DNA of 64,000 bases from the NCBI GenBank assembly GCA_902602885.1, contig CACKSM010000003.1, positions 17,573 through 81,572 of the forward strand. The letters are read 5' to 3'. The DNA is from an uncultured Alphaproteobacteria bacterium. Lineage in GTDB: Bacteria; Pseudomonadota; Alphaproteobacteria; HIMB59; GCA-002718135. Position 1 is the first letter of the stretch; every line of letters begins with the position of its first letter. The translations under genes were made by a program, and so were the position numbers. Positions 1-10,223 of the stretch are shown here, one piece after another. The notes under the pieces were generated by a model. That model had not been told where the DNA came from and made no database searches. It saw only the letters and a list, made by a program, of their open reading frames with translations.

Positions 1-1
1 T

Positions 2-46
2 ACAGTTATAGAAGCTTATTTAGGAAAAGGTATTAATAAAAATTAG
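2..46 (+). CDS. livG: 3' end of branched-chain amino acid ABC transporter ATP-binding protein (LivG-like), truncated by window edge
   Basis: The frame from position 2 reads TVIEAYLGKGINKN*. VIEAYLG is the typical LivG C-terminus, and the ORF lies directly upstream of livF. Confidence 0.75.
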   Translation, partial: TVIEAYLGKGINKN

Positions 47-52
47 AATTCT

Positions 53-757
53 ATGAATAATTTAATTGGTAAAAATTTAACAGCTGGATATGGAGGGGTT
101 GATATCATTAAAGATATTAATATAGAAGTAAACGAGGGTGAAATTGTTGTCATTGTTGGTCCAAATGGAGCAGGTAAATCAACAGCAATGAAAGCATTGC
201 TAGGAATGTTAAGTTTAACTTCAGGTTCCGTAGAATATTCAAATAAGGAAATTTCTTCAATGCTACCTCAAAACAGAATTAATTTAGGATTGGCATTTGT
301 TCCTCAAACAAACAATGTGTTTACTGGTATGACAGTAGAAGAAAATTTAGAAATGGGAGGGTTTTTAAGAGAGGATGACATTATTCATACTATTAATGAT
401 GTTTATGACCTTTTTCCTATTTTAAAAGAAAAAAGAAATCAAAGTGCAGGAGAATTATCTGGAGGTCAAAGACAACAAGTGGCTTTTGGAAGAGCACTTA
501 TGACTAAACCTAAAATTTTAATGTTAGATGAACCGACTGCAGGAGTATCACCAATAGTAATGGATGAGTTATTTTCAAGAATCATAGAAGTTCGTAAAAC
601 AGGTGTAGGTATACTAATGGTTGAACAAAATGCAAAACAAGCACTTGGTATTGCTGATAGAGGATACGTATTAGTAAATGGTAAAAATAGTAGAGAAGGT
701 TCAGGAGAAGAACTATTGAATAATCCAGAAGTTAGAAAGTCTTTTTTAGGAGGTTAA
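53..757 (+). CDS. livF: Branched-chain amino acid (HAAT) ABC transporter ATP-binding protein
   Basis: Walker A GPNGAGKST, signature LSGGQRQ, LMLDEPTAG and VEQNA. Confidence 0.93.
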   Translation: MNNLIGKNLTAGYGGVDIIKDINIEVNEGEIVVIVGPNGAGKSTAMKALLGMLSLTSGSVEYSNKEISSMLPQNRINLGLAFVPQTNNVFTGMTVEENLEMGGFLREDDIIHTINDVYDLFPILKEKRNQSAGELSGGQRQQVAFGRALMTKPKILMLDEPTAGVSPIVMDELFSRIIEVRKTGVGILMVEQNAKQALGIADRGYVLVNGKNSREGSGEELLNNPEVRKSFLGG

Positions 758-758
758 A

Positions 759-1772
759 ATGATTGATTTTCTAAATTCTATAATTGTACTTCTAAATTTT
801 ATTATTATTCCAGGCATTTCTTATGGCTCCCAACTTGCACTCGGCGCACTAGGAGTTACATTCGTGTATGCCATACTTCGTTTTGCAAATTTTGCACACG
901 GTGAAATTATGTCATTTGGAGCGATGATAACAATTTTATTTACGTGGTTTTTTCAATCACAAAATATTGGTTTAGGAATTCTGCCAACTGCCTTGTTAGC
1001 TTTACCTGTAGGAATTATAGCAACAATTATCCTATGTATTATTTCTGATAAATTTGTTTTTCAATATTACAGATATCAAAAAAGTGTTCCTGTTGTTTTA
1101 GCAATGGTTTCAATAGGGGTTATGTTTGTAATAAATGCAATAATAAGAATTATAATTGGAACAGAAACTATAAAATTTTCTGATGGGCAGAAATTTATAA
1201 TGAAAGCGAAACAGTTTAAAGTAATGACAGGTTTAAATGAAGGATTAGCATTAAAATCATCTCAAGTTATTACAATATTAATTACTATTTTACTTTTAAC
1301 TTTTACTTTTTGGTTTTTACAAAAAACAAAAACTGGAAAATCAATGAGAGCATTTTCTGATAATGAAGATTTAGCATTATTGTCTGGTATTAATCCTGAT
1401 AGAGTAGTCTTTACTACATGGGTTATTGTAGGCGTCTTGGCATGCGTTGCGGGTACACTCTACGGTTTAGATAAAAGTTATAAACCAATTATTTATCTTA
1501 ATTTAGTCTTGCCAATATTTGCATCAGCAATTGTCGGAGGAATTGGTAGTCCTTTTGGAGCTGTAATAGGTGGTTATGTCATCGCGTTTTCAGAAATTAT
1601 GGTAACGTATGCTTATAAGAAATTCTTTGTATATATACTTCCAAGTTCTATTGAGCCAACAGGTTTAGTTCAATTACTTTCAACAGATTATAAATTTGCT
1701 GTATCATTTTCAATTTTAGTCATCGTCTTATTGATTAGACCATCAGGTATATTTAAAGGAAGAGTCTTATGA
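759..1772 (+). CDS. livH: HAAT ABC transporter permease
   Basis: ALGVTFVYAILRFANFAHGE, GKSMRAFSDN..LALLSGIN, AIVGGIGS and RPSGIF motifs; multi-TM. Confidence 0.9.
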   Translation: MIDFLNSIIVLLNFIIIPGISYGSQLALGALGVTFVYAILRFANFAHGEIMSFGAMITILFTWFFQSQNIGLGILPTALLALPVGIIATIILCIISDKFVFQYYRYQKSVPVVLAMVSIGVMFVINAIIRIIIGTETIKFSDGQKFIMKAKQFKVMTGLNEGLALKSSQVITILITILLLTFTFWFLQKTKTGKSMRAFSDNEDLALLSGINPDRVVFTTWVIVGVLACVAGTLYGLDKSYKPIIYLNLVLPIFASAIVGGIGSPFGAVIGGYVIAFSEIMVTYAYKKFFVYILPSSIEPTGLVQLLSTDYKFAVSFSILVIVLLIRPSGIFKGRVL

Positions 1773-3142
1773 TGAAGTTTGAAAGATATGAATGGGTAGC
1801 TATTATAATAATGATCTCCCTCTTTATTTTTGTAGGCTTCATTCAAGGGTGGTCAGTAAGTTTAGTAATTTTAAATATGTGTATTATCTCAGCAATAATG
1901 ACAATGGGAGTTAATATTTCTTGGGGTTATGCAGGAGTAATTAATTTTGGTGTGATGGGCTTTCTTGCCATGGGTGGATTAGCAGCAGTGCTTGTTTCTT
2001 ACCCTCCCATTGTTGAGTCATGGCAGGCCGGAGGTAGAGGGTTAGGTATCAGTTTTGCTTTGCTTGTCGTATTAGTAATAGCTGTAATGTATATTAATAA
2101 AACGGTAATCCAAAAAAGAAATAGGTATATTTTAAATTCTCTTATAATTTTTTTTGGTATTCTAATTATCAGACATTTTTATTTAAACGCCACACATAAT
2201 ATTGAAGATGTTAATCCTGCAATAGCAGGGTTTTTAGGTGGTCTTGGACTACCAATAATTTTTTCTTGGATAGTAGGAGGTTTATTTGCTGCAGGTGTTG
2301 CATTTGTAATTGGTAAAGTAGCTCTTGGATTACGATCTGATTATTTGGCAATTGTAACTCTAGGAATTTCAGAAATAGTTGTTAGTGTTTTGAAACATGA
2401 AGAATGGTTATCTAGAGGGGTAAAAAATGTAATTGGTTTAAAGAGACCAGTTCCTTATGAAATTGATTTACAAAATGCTGATTGGTTTATAAATTTAGTT
2501 ACATATCTTAATTCATCAAAGTTAAATAACATTGTTGATGTAAGTGATAGACAACAAGTTTTAAACAATCTTATAATTGATGGTTCGGGAATATTTGTAA
2601 AGTTATCATACGCTATTTTGTTTCTGATTGTTATGTTGATAATTTTTTATTTTGCGAACAAAGCTCAATTATCTCCATGGGGAAGGATGATGAGAGCTAT
2701 AAGAGATAATGAAACTGCTGCAAATGCAATGGGTAAAGATGTTGTGAAACAACATTTAATTATTTTTGTCATAGGAGCTGCAATTGTAGGTGTTGCAGGC
2801 GCAATGCTTGTTACTTTGGATGGATTATTTACACCTTCAGGATATCGACCACTTCGTTTCACTTTTATTATTTGGATTATGGTTATTGTGGGCGGTAGTG
2901 GAAATAATTTAGGCGCTATATTTGGCGGTTTTGTCATATGGTTTTCTTGGATTGAAGCTGCGCCACTTACAACATTTATTATTAATCAAATTACTGTCGG
3001 ATTAGAGCCAACTAATTCTTTAAAATTACATTTACTCGATAGCGTTCCTTACTTTAGATACTTATTTATGGGCTTAATATTATTATTAATATTACGTTAT
3101 AGGCCTAAGGGAATTATTCCAGAGAAAGTAAGACACTCATAA
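1769..3142 (+). CDS. livM: HAAT ABC transporter permease
   Basis: WGYAGVINFG, LRSDYLAIVTLG, SPWGRMMRAIRDNE and VGGSGNN motifs. Confidence 0.9.
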   Translation: MMKFERYEWVAIIIMISLFIFVGFIQGWSVSLVILNMCIISAIMTMGVNISWGYAGVINFGVMGFLAMGGLAAVLVSYPPIVESWQAGGRGLGISFALLVVLVIAVMYINKTVIQKRNRYILNSLIIFFGILIIRHFYLNATHNIEDVNPAIAGFLGGLGLPIIFSWIVGGLFAAGVAFVIGKVALGLRSDYLAIVTLGISEIVVSVLKHEEWLSRGVKNVIGLKRPVPYEIDLQNADWFINLVTYLNSSKLNNIVDVSDRQQVLNNLIIDGSGIFVKLSYAILFLIVMLIIFYFANKAQLSPWGRMMRAIRDNETAANAMGKDVVKQHLIIFVIGAAIVGVAGAMLVTLDGLFTPSGYRPLRFTFIIWIMVIVGGSGNNLGAIFGGFVIWFSWIEAAPLTTFIINQITVGLEPTNSLKLHLLDSVPYFRYLFMGLILLLILRYRPKGIIPEKVRHS

Positions 3143-3169
3143 AAAAACCCCAGCTAAATGCTGGGGTTA
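3141..3169 (-). terminator. Rho-independent terminator of the substrate-binding-protein gene, possibly bidirectional
   Basis: Perfect 9-bp stem AACCCCAGC-TAAAT-GCTGGGGTT next to an A7 run on + (U tract on the - strand), between convergent genes. Confidence 0.85.
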
Positions 3170-3190
3170 AATTAAAATAATTTTTAAGTA

Positions 3191-4372
3191 TTAAAGAGCG
3201 CCAACAGTAACGAATTCGCCACCACTAACTTCTAGTTCTTTAAACGCACCAGCAGCATCACCAAACGCATTAAATTCTACATCTGTTGCACCTTGGTAGT
3301 CAATATCTTTACCAGCAGCTAACATTTGTAAGCCGTATGATAATTGACCAGGGTTAATTACAATACCTGGAGCGTTAGATACTTTAGCGATATTGTTTAG
3401 GATTGATTGCTTATCAGCAGATCCACCAGCTTGAATTGCAAGAGCAATAATTGCTGCAGCATCATAAGACTCTCCAACATATGGAGCACTTCCATCCATG
3501 CCATTTGCAGCAGCTAGTTCTCCGAACTTAGCTGAACCTTTTGAAATTGCACCTGGCATAGAGCCAAATGATCCTTCAAGATCAGCACCGATATTATCTA
3601 CAATTGATTGACCAATCATACCATCAGAAAGAACAAAAGTGTCAAACGCACCTGAATCTAAAGATGCTTCGATCATTCCTTTTCCACCATCATCGATATA
3701 ACCAATTACTAGTAGTGCGTCTCCACCAGCTGATGCAAGAACACCAACTTCTGATGAATAATCTGCTTTACCATCTTCGTGTGCAGCTGATGCTGTAATA
3801 GTTCCGCCACCACGAGCAAATGAAGCTTCAAATACTTCAGCTAAACCTTTTCCGTAGTCATTGTTAGTATACGTTACAGCTATACTTTCAATTCCTCTGC
3901 TTAAAGCAAGTTTAGCTAATACTTGACCACCTTTTGCATCAGATGGTGCAGTACGCCAAAAAGTTCCATTATCAGGAACTTTACTTAGACCTGGTGAAGT
4001 TGCAGATGGAGATACCATTAAGATACCATTTGGTACCGCAACGTTTGCATTAATTGCACCTGTTACACCTGAACAGTCAGCACCCATAATAGCAGTTACA
4101 CCTTGTGCAACTAGATCCTCAGCAGCAGCAGTTGCAGCAGCAGAGTCTACACAAGTTGAGTCAGCTTCTAAGATAGTAATTGATTCACCACCTAAAAGAT
4201 TTCCAGAGTTTGATGCTTCATCAAATGCCATTCTAGCACCATCTCTCATAGCAGGAGTTAAAGATTCGATTGGTCCTGTAAAACCAAGAATAATTCCTAC
4301 TTTAATTTCTGCTAATGCAGCAGTCGTTACAGTCGACAAACTTACAATAACAGCTAGAAGTAATTTTTTCAT
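3191..4372 (-). CDS. HAAT-family ABC transporter periplasmic substrate-binding protein (LivK-like); ligand unknown
   Basis: Signal peptide, SPSATSPGLS, RTAPSD and NNDYGKGLA motifs; strong SD GGAGG upstream; codon choice looks like a highly expressed gene. Confidence 0.9.
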   Translation of the reverse strand: MKKLLLAVIVSLSTVTTAALAEIKVGIILGFTGPIESLTPAMRDGARMAFDEASNSGNLLGGESITILEADSTCVDSAAATAAAEDLVAQGVTAIMGADCSGVTGAINANVAVPNGILMVSPSATSPGLSKVPDNGTFWRTAPSDAKGGQVLAKLALSRGIESIAVTYTNNDYGKGLAEVFEASFARGGGTITASAAHEDGKADYSSEVGVLASAGGDALLVIGYIDDGGKGMIEASLDSGAFDTFVLSDGMIGQSIVDNIGADLEGSFGSMPGAISKGSAKFGELAAANGMDGSAPYVGESYDAAAIIALAIQAGGSADKQSILNNIAKVSNAPGIVINPGQLSYGLQMLAAGKDIDYQGATDVEFNAFGDAAGAFKELEVSGGEFVTVGAL

Positions 4373-4485
4373 ATTTCCTCCAAAAAAGTATACTTTTTAT
4401 ATACGCTACCTCATATACTAGTTCCAAAAATCAATCATGCAGTTTTTTCATAAAAATACCCAAGATTTTAGCCAAAAACCATAAA

Positions 4486-4514
4486 TTGACTTCATTTGCC
4501 TCACCGGATAAAGA
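4486..4514 (+). promoter_or_regulatory. Candidate sigma70 promoter for gpsA-deoC operon
   Basis: TTGACT-N17-TAAAGA, ending 8 nt before the ATG at 4523. Confidence 0.4.
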
Positions 4515-4522
4515 TCAAACGT

Positions 4523-5503
4523 ATGACAATTGGAATTTTAGGTGGAGGAGTTTGGGGTAGTGCACTTGCCCGAGTATTAAGTAATAATAAAGTTATCATC
4601 TATGCTCGAGATGAAAAAATTGTTAAATCAATAAATGAACATAAAATTAATCCAAAATTAAAATACAGTTCATTTAATGAAAATGTCACTGCTACTATCT
4701 CTTTAAAAGAATTTAGAAATGTTAAATTTTTATTTATAACTTTACCAGCACAAAGCATTAGGGAGGTAATTAAGGATTCGTCATTACATAATAAAAATCA
4801 TCATATTATTATATGTTCTAAAGGCATTGAAATATCGTCATCAAAATTTTTAACAGATGTATTTCAAGAAATGATGCCTTTTAAATCAATTAGTATTTTA
4901 TCAGGGCCATCTTTCTCAAATGAAGTATCTCAAAGTTTACCAACTGCAGTAACGCTTGCAACAAAAGATAAAAAAGATTTTGAAAATATTTCTAAACTTA
5001 TACCTAATAAAGAGTTTAGAATTTATTATTCAAATGATTTAATCGGAACCCAAATAGGTGGTGCTTTAAAGAATATTTATGCAATAGCTGCGGGCATTGC
5101 AGAAGGTTTAAACTTAGGCGAAAATGCTAAAAGTGCACTCATTTCAAGATCTTTTGCAGAAATGGCACGATACGCAAAAAAATTTAAAGCTGATAAAAAT
5201 ACATTATTTGGTTTATCTGGGCTTGGTGATCTAATTTTAACATGTAGCTCTAAAAATTCACGTAATACACAGTTTGGTATAAAATTAGCTTCTTCAAAAT
5301 ATGATAATTTTTTAGATCTTTTAAAATCGCAAGAAGTAACAGAAGGTTATTATACAGTTAAAGCAGTCTATAATATTTCACAAAAAAAAAATATTGATAT
5401 GCCAATAATGGAGTCTGTATACAATATACTTTATAAGCAACATGATTTAAAAGAAGAACTAAGTAATTTACTAAGTAGACCAATAAAAGAAGAAAAAATT
5501 TAA
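4523..5503 (+). CDS. gpsA: NAD(P)H-dependent glycerol-3-phosphate dehydrogenase
   Basis: GGGVWGSALA, CSKGIE, GGALKNIYAIAAG and GLGDLILTC..SRN motifs. Start moved to ATG 4523. Confidence 0.95.
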   Translation: MTIGILGGGVWGSALARVLSNNKVIIYARDEKIVKSINEHKINPKLKYSSFNENVTATISLKEFRNVKFLFITLPAQSIREVIKDSSLHNKNHHIIICSKGIEISSSKFLTDVFQEMMPFKSISILSGPSFSNEVSQSLPTAVTLATKDKKDFENISKLIPNKEFRIYYSNDLIGTQIGGALKNIYAIAAGIAEGLNLGENAKSALISRSFAEMARYAKKFKADKNTLFGLSGLGDLILTCSSKNSRNTQFGIKLASSKYDNFLDLLKSQEVTEGYYTVKAVYNISQKKNIDMPIMESVYNILYKQHDLKEELSNLLSRPIKEEKI

Positions 5504-5507
5504 TTTG

Positions 5508-6452
5508 ATGACAAAGAAAACATTTTATAACTTAGATACAAGCTGGGTTAACAACACGCAAATTAATTTGAGTGCGGTAGAACGTCGAACATCTACCTTA
5601 ACTAAAAGAAGAACTGTAAAAAAGGAATTTCAAGTCGCTTGGTTGTTAAAAGCTATTACTTTAATTGATCTTACTACGCTAAGTGGTGATGACACTTTTG
5701 GAAAAGTCGAAAGACTGTGTAATAAAGCCCTTAATCCGATTGATGATTATATTCTTCAGGATTTAGGAATAGAAAATAATGCAGTAAGAGTAGGAGCTGT
5801 GTGTGTCTATCACCATCTAATAAAAAATTGTACAAAGCTAATTCAAAACAAAATCCCAATTGCAGCAGTTTCTACGGGTTTTCCTGCAGGTTTATCATCA
5901 TATACGACTAGAAAAAAAGAAATTTCTGACTCTATTAAAGATGGTGCTGATGAAATCGATATTGTTATCAATAGAGGATACGTTCTCCAAAATAATTGGA
6001 AAAAATTATATGATGAGGTTCGCAGTTTTAAAGAAACTGCAGGTAAAACAAAAATTAAAGCTATTCTTGGTGTTGGTGATCTTGAGACTCTTCGAAATGT
6101 AGCAAAAGCTTCTTTGGTTTGTATGATGGCTGGTGCCGATTTTATTAAAACATCAACAGGAAAAGAAAGTATAAATGCAAATCTTAATAATAGTCTTGTC
6201 ATGTTGAGAATGATTAGAGATTTTCATACAAAAACTGGAAAAAAAATTGGTTTTAAACCTGCAGGTGGAATATCAACGGCCAAATCTGTTTTAGAATTTT
6301 TAATATTAGTAGCTGAAGAACTAGGATTTGAATGGGTTAATCCTAAATTATTGCGAATTGGTGCTTCTAGTTTATTAATTGATATAGAAAGACAACTTTA
6401 TCACTACACTAGTGGCAGATATGCAAATAAAGAGAAACTTGCAATAGGATAA
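5508..6452 (+). CDS. deoC: Deoxyribose-phosphate aldolase (long, DERA-like type)
   Basis: IDLTTLSGDDT, AVSTGFPAG, GADEIDIVI, GADFIKTSTGK, GFKPAGGI and RIGASSLL motifs. Confidence 0.95.
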   Translation: MTKKTFYNLDTSWVNNTQINLSAVERRTSTLTKRRTVKKEFQVAWLLKAITLIDLTTLSGDDTFGKVERLCNKALNPIDDYILQDLGIENNAVRVGAVCVYHHLIKNCTKLIQNKIPIAAVSTGFPAGLSSYTTRKKEISDSIKDGADEIDIVINRGYVLQNNWKKLYDEVRSFKETAGKTKIKAILGVGDLETLRNVAKASLVCMMAGADFIKTSTGKESINANLNNSLVMLRMIRDFHTKTGKKIGFKPAGGISTAKSVLEFLILVAEELGFEWVNPKLLRIGASSLLIDIERQLYHYTSGRYANKEKLAIG

Positions 6453-6453
6453 T

Positions 6454-8814
6454 ATGGATAAAGTTATTAAAAATTTTCAAAATATATCTTATGGGCCAGC
6501 ACCAGAAGACAGCAAAGAAGTTAATAACTGGATAAAAAATTTAAAAAATCCAAATAATCATTTTATTAATGGTAAATTTGTAAAATCGTCTAGCTCAAAA
6601 AAATTAAATATAATTAACCCTTCTACAAATAAAAAAATAGCAACATTGTCTGTTGCTTCAAAAAAAGATGTAAATATTGCTGTTAGTGCTGCCAAAAAAG
6701 CTCATGCCAAATGGTCAAAACTTTCATCGTTTGATCGATCAAAATATTTATATGCACTTGCACGTCTCATACAAAAAAATTCAAGGTTTATTTCTGTTTT
6801 AGAGACCATTGATAATGGTAAGCCTATAAGAGAAACAAGAGATATAGATATTCCGCTTGTTGCTAGACATTTTTATTATCATGCTGGGTGGGCTGCTAGG
6901 AATACAAACAACTCTGATAACTCTATAGGTGTTGTTGGGCAAATTATACCGTGGAACTTTCCCTTATTAATGTTAGCGTGGAAAATTGCTCCTGCAATTG
7001 CTCTTGGCAATACAGTAGTCTTAAAGCCTGCAGAGTATACTTCTTTAACAGCGCTTTATTTTGCTGAACTTTGTGAAAAAGCTAAAATTCCACAAGGTGT
7101 AATTAATATTATTACAGGAGACGGTTCTACTGGTGAACATATAACATCGCATAAAGATATTAAAAAAATTGCCTTTACTGGATCAACTGAAGTTGGAAAA
7201 AAAATAATTCAAACAAATACTAATCCAGATAAAAAAATGACAATGGAACTTGGGGGCAAATCACCTTTTATTGTTTTTGAAGATGCTGATTTAGATAGCG
7301 CGGTAGAAGGTGTTGTTGATGCGATTTGGTTTAACCAAGGTCAAGTATGTTGTGCAGGATCAAGGCTCTTGGTACAAGAAAGTATTGAGAAAAAATTTAT
7401 TCAAAAACTTAAGAAAAGAATGGAAAAACTTCGTGTTGGTGATCCATTAGATAAGTCTATTGATATTGGCGCTATAGTTGCACCAGTCCAACTTAAAAAA
7501 ATTAATTCTTTGGTAAATAAGGCACAAAAGGATGGAAATAAATTATGGCAGCCTTCATGGTCATGTCCAAAAAATGGTTTATTTTATCCTCCATCTTTAT
7601 TTACAAATGTAACACCGTCATCTTTTATTGCTCAAGTAGAAATATTTGGACCAGTTTTGACAACAATGACATTTAGAACACCGAGTGAAGCTGTATCCAT
7701 TGCAAATAATACACCATATGGACTTGCGGCAAGTATTTGGTCGGAAAATATTAACTTAGCTTTAGATATTGCTCCAAAAGTAAAAGCTGGAGTCATTTGG
7801 ATAAATTCTACAAATTTATTTGATGCTGCCTGTGGTTTTGGCGGTTACAAAGAAAGTGGTTTTGGAAGAGAAGGTGGTTCAGAAGGTATCAGAGCATATT
7901 CAAAATTACCACTTCCTCTTACTAAATCAAAAAGAAGAAAAAAATTATCTAAAGGTCAATCATCTAACTCTATCGACAGAACTCCAAAATTATATATTGG
8001 AGGTAAACAAAAAAGACCTGATAGTGGTTATTCCTTTTCTTCATATGATGCTCATAATAATTTTATTTGTGATGTTCCAAACGCAAACCGTAAAGATGTA
8101 AGAGATACAGTCGAGATCGCATCGAAAGCAGTTAGCAAATCTTCAACTAATTTTAATAGAGCTCAAATTCTTTATTACTTAGCTGAAAATTTACAAGACC
8201 GAAAAAATACCTTTTCTAGTTTACTATCATCTCTAATTGGTATTTCACAAAAAGATGCCGAAAAAGAATTTGATCAATCAATAGAAAGATTATTTTATTA
8301 TGGTGCTATGGCTGATAAGTTTGAAGGCTCTATACATAATCCTCCTATAAGAGGTTTAACACTAGCCGTTAAAGAACCGATAGGTGTTGTGGCAAATATT
8401 TTAAATGATGATTATCCACTATTAAGTTTAATTACAACATTAGGAGCAAATTTTGCTGCAGGAAATGCTAGTATTATTGTTCCAGGTCAAAATACGTCTC
8501 TTTTAGCAACAGAATTATACCAACTACTTGAAACCTCTGATGTTCCAGCAGGCTATATTAACATCCTTACAACTAAACAAAATAGTTTGAATAAAATCTT
8601 AGCAGAACATGAAAATATCGATGGTATTTGGTATTTTAGTGAAAATAATAATGAGCGTTTAAAAGTTATTCAAAGTACAACATCAAATTTAAAGAGAAGT
8701 TGGTGTCCACAATCAAAAAATCTTGATTGGTCTTCGAAAGAAAAAGATTTCTTAGAAGAGTTTTTATATCAAAGTACACAAGTAAAAAATATTTGGATCC
8801 CATACGGAGAGTGA
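6454..8814 (+). CDS. Aldehyde dehydrogenase with an extra C-terminal ALDH-like domain (ALDH16-type architecture)
   Basis: IIPWNFP, FTGST, ELGGKSP, catalytic GQVCCAGSR and EIFGPV motifs, followed by a second partial ALDH nucleotide-binding fold; 786 aa. Confidence 0.9.
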   Translation: MDKVIKNFQNISYGPAPEDSKEVNNWIKNLKNPNNHFINGKFVKSSSSKKLNIINPSTNKKIATLSVASKKDVNIAVSAAKKAHAKWSKLSSFDRSKYLYALARLIQKNSRFISVLETIDNGKPIRETRDIDIPLVARHFYYHAGWAARNTNNSDNSIGVVGQIIPWNFPLLMLAWKIAPAIALGNTVVLKPAEYTSLTALYFAELCEKAKIPQGVINIITGDGSTGEHITSHKDIKKIAFTGSTEVGKKIIQTNTNPDKKMTMELGGKSPFIVFEDADLDSAVEGVVDAIWFNQGQVCCAGSRLLVQESIEKKFIQKLKKRMEKLRVGDPLDKSIDIGAIVAPVQLKKINSLVNKAQKDGNKLWQPSWSCPKNGLFYPPSLFTNVTPSSFIAQVEIFGPVLTTMTFRTPSEAVSIANNTPYGLAASIWSENINLALDIAPKVKAGVIWINSTNLFDAACGFGGYKESGFGREGGSEGIRAYSKLPLPLTKSKRRKKLSKGQSSNSIDRTPKLYIGGKQKRPDSGYSFSSYDAHNNFICDVPNANRKDVRDTVEIASKAVSKSSTNFNRAQILYYLAENLQDRKNTFSSLLSSLIGISQKDAEKEFDQSIERLFYYGAMADKFEGSIHNPPIRGLTLAVKEPIGVVANILNDDYPLLSLITTLGANFAAGNASIIVPGQNTSLLATELYQLLETSDVPAGYINILTTKQNSLNKILAEHENIDGIWYFSENNNERLKVIQSTTSNLKRSWCPQSKNLDWSSKEKDFLEEFLYQSTQVKNIWIPYGE

Positions 8815-8826
8815 TATACTAAAAAT

Positions 8827-9285
8827 ATGTTAATTAACGTCGATCCTATTTTAAGTCCTGATATATTAAAAACACTGCGTGAAATGGGTCATGGTGATAG
8901 ACTCGTTATATCGGATATTAATTATCCTGCGCATTCGAACCACAATAGAGTTCATCGATTAGATGGCTTAGATATGACAACTGTTATGAGAGCTGTTTTA
9001 TCTGTTTTTCCATTAGATAGTTTCGTAGACTCAGCTGTTCACCGAATGGAAGTTGATAATCAACCAAATGAAATTAATGACGCTAATAAAGAAGTAATTG
9101 ATGCAATTAAGGAAGTATCAGGAGATAATTGGAAAATAGGTTCATACGAAAGACAAGAATTTTATAAGCAATCAAGATCAACCTATGCTTATGTTACAAC
9201 AAGTGAAAGACGACCTTACTGCAATTTTATTTTAACAAAAGGTGTTATCAAACCAGATGGAACTGTTTGGATAATCGATAAATAA
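8827..9285 (+). CDS. RbsD/FucU family sugar mutarotase
   Basis: LSPDILKTLREMGHGD..ISDINYP, ERQEFY and YCNFILTKGV motifs. Confidence 0.9.
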   Translation: MLINVDPILSPDILKTLREMGHGDRLVISDINYPAHSNHNRVHRLDGLDMTTVMRAVLSVFPLDSFVDSAVHRMEVDNQPNEINDANKEVIDAIKEVSGDNWKIGSYERQEFYKQSRSTYAYVTTSERRPYCNFILTKGVIKPDGTVWIIDK

Positions 9286-9287
9286 TT

Positions 9288-10202
9288 ATGTCGATTAGTA
9301 TTCTTGGAATTTTTGTTGCCGATCTCGTTTTTTTTGGAGAAAAAATTCCAGCAGAGGGAGAAACTATTCTTGGTAAAAATTTTGTTATTGGTCCTGGCGG
9401 CAAAGGATCAAACCAAGCTGTAGCTGCAGCTAAGGCTGGTTCAAAAACTTTTTTCATTTCAAAGATTGGTGATGATCAATTTGGCTCGATGGCAACAGAG
9501 ATTTATGAAAATTCTGGTGTTGATTATAGCAATGTTATTATTTCAAAAGATCATTCAACAGGTGCAGCTGGCATACTTGTTAATGAAGGAACAGGAGCTA
9601 ATGCTATTAATGTTTTTCCAGGTGCAGCAGGTGCAATTACTATTGAAGATATAGATAAAGCAGAAGAGGCAATTAAAAACTCAAGTATATTTCTTACACA
9701 ACTAGAGGCACCAAAGGATGTTGTTACCTATGCATTAAAAAAAGCACATAGTTTAAATGTAAAAACAATTTTAAATCCTGCTCCAGCTGCTGAAATAGAT
9801 GAATCTTTATTTTCTATGATTGATTATTTTACACCAAATGAAACAGAAGCAAGTTTTTATGTTGATCACAATGTTGAAACACACGAGGATGCTGAAAAAG
9901 CTGCAATGCAATTATTAGAAAAAGGAATTAAAAATGTTGTTATTACTCTTGGAGAAAAGGGAGCTTTCTTTGCAAATAGTAATGAAAAATTTTCTTTACC
10001 TATAGTTAATCTTTCAAATCCAGTAGTCGATACAACTGGTGCTGGCGATGCATTTAATGCAGGTTTTGCTGCGGCACTAACTGAGGGTCAAAATATTAAA
10101 GATGCGTTAAAATTTGCTAGTGCTACAGCTGGTTTATCAACAACAAAAATTGGAACAGCAAATTCCATGCCTTCTAGAGAGGAAATTGATAAACTTCTAT
10201 AA
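9288..10202 (+). CDS. rbsK: Ribokinase/deoxyribokinase (PfkB family)
   Basis: GGKGSNQAVAAA, LNPAPA, PNETEA and DTTGAGDAF motifs. Confidence 0.88.
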   Translation: MSISILGIFVADLVFFGEKIPAEGETILGKNFVIGPGGKGSNQAVAAAKAGSKTFFISKIGDDQFGSMATEIYENSGVDYSNVIISKDHSTGAAGILVNEGTGANAINVFPGAAGAITIEDIDKAEEAIKNSSIFLTQLEAPKDVVTYALKKAHSLNVKTILNPAPAAEIDESLFSMIDYFTPNETEASFYVDHNVETHEDAEKAAMQLLEKGIKNVVITLGEKGAFFANSNEKFSLPIVNLSNPVVDTTGAGDAFNAGFAAALTEGQNIKDALKFASATAGLSTTKIGTANSMPSREEIDKLL

Positions 10203-10214
10203 TTATTGTATAAT
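10186..10214 (+). promoter_or_regulatory. Near-consensus sigma70 promoter
   Basis: TTGATA(10186-10191)-N17-TATAAT(10209-10214), with an ATG at 10224. Confidence 0.6.
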
Positions 10215-10223
10215 AGAATTAAT

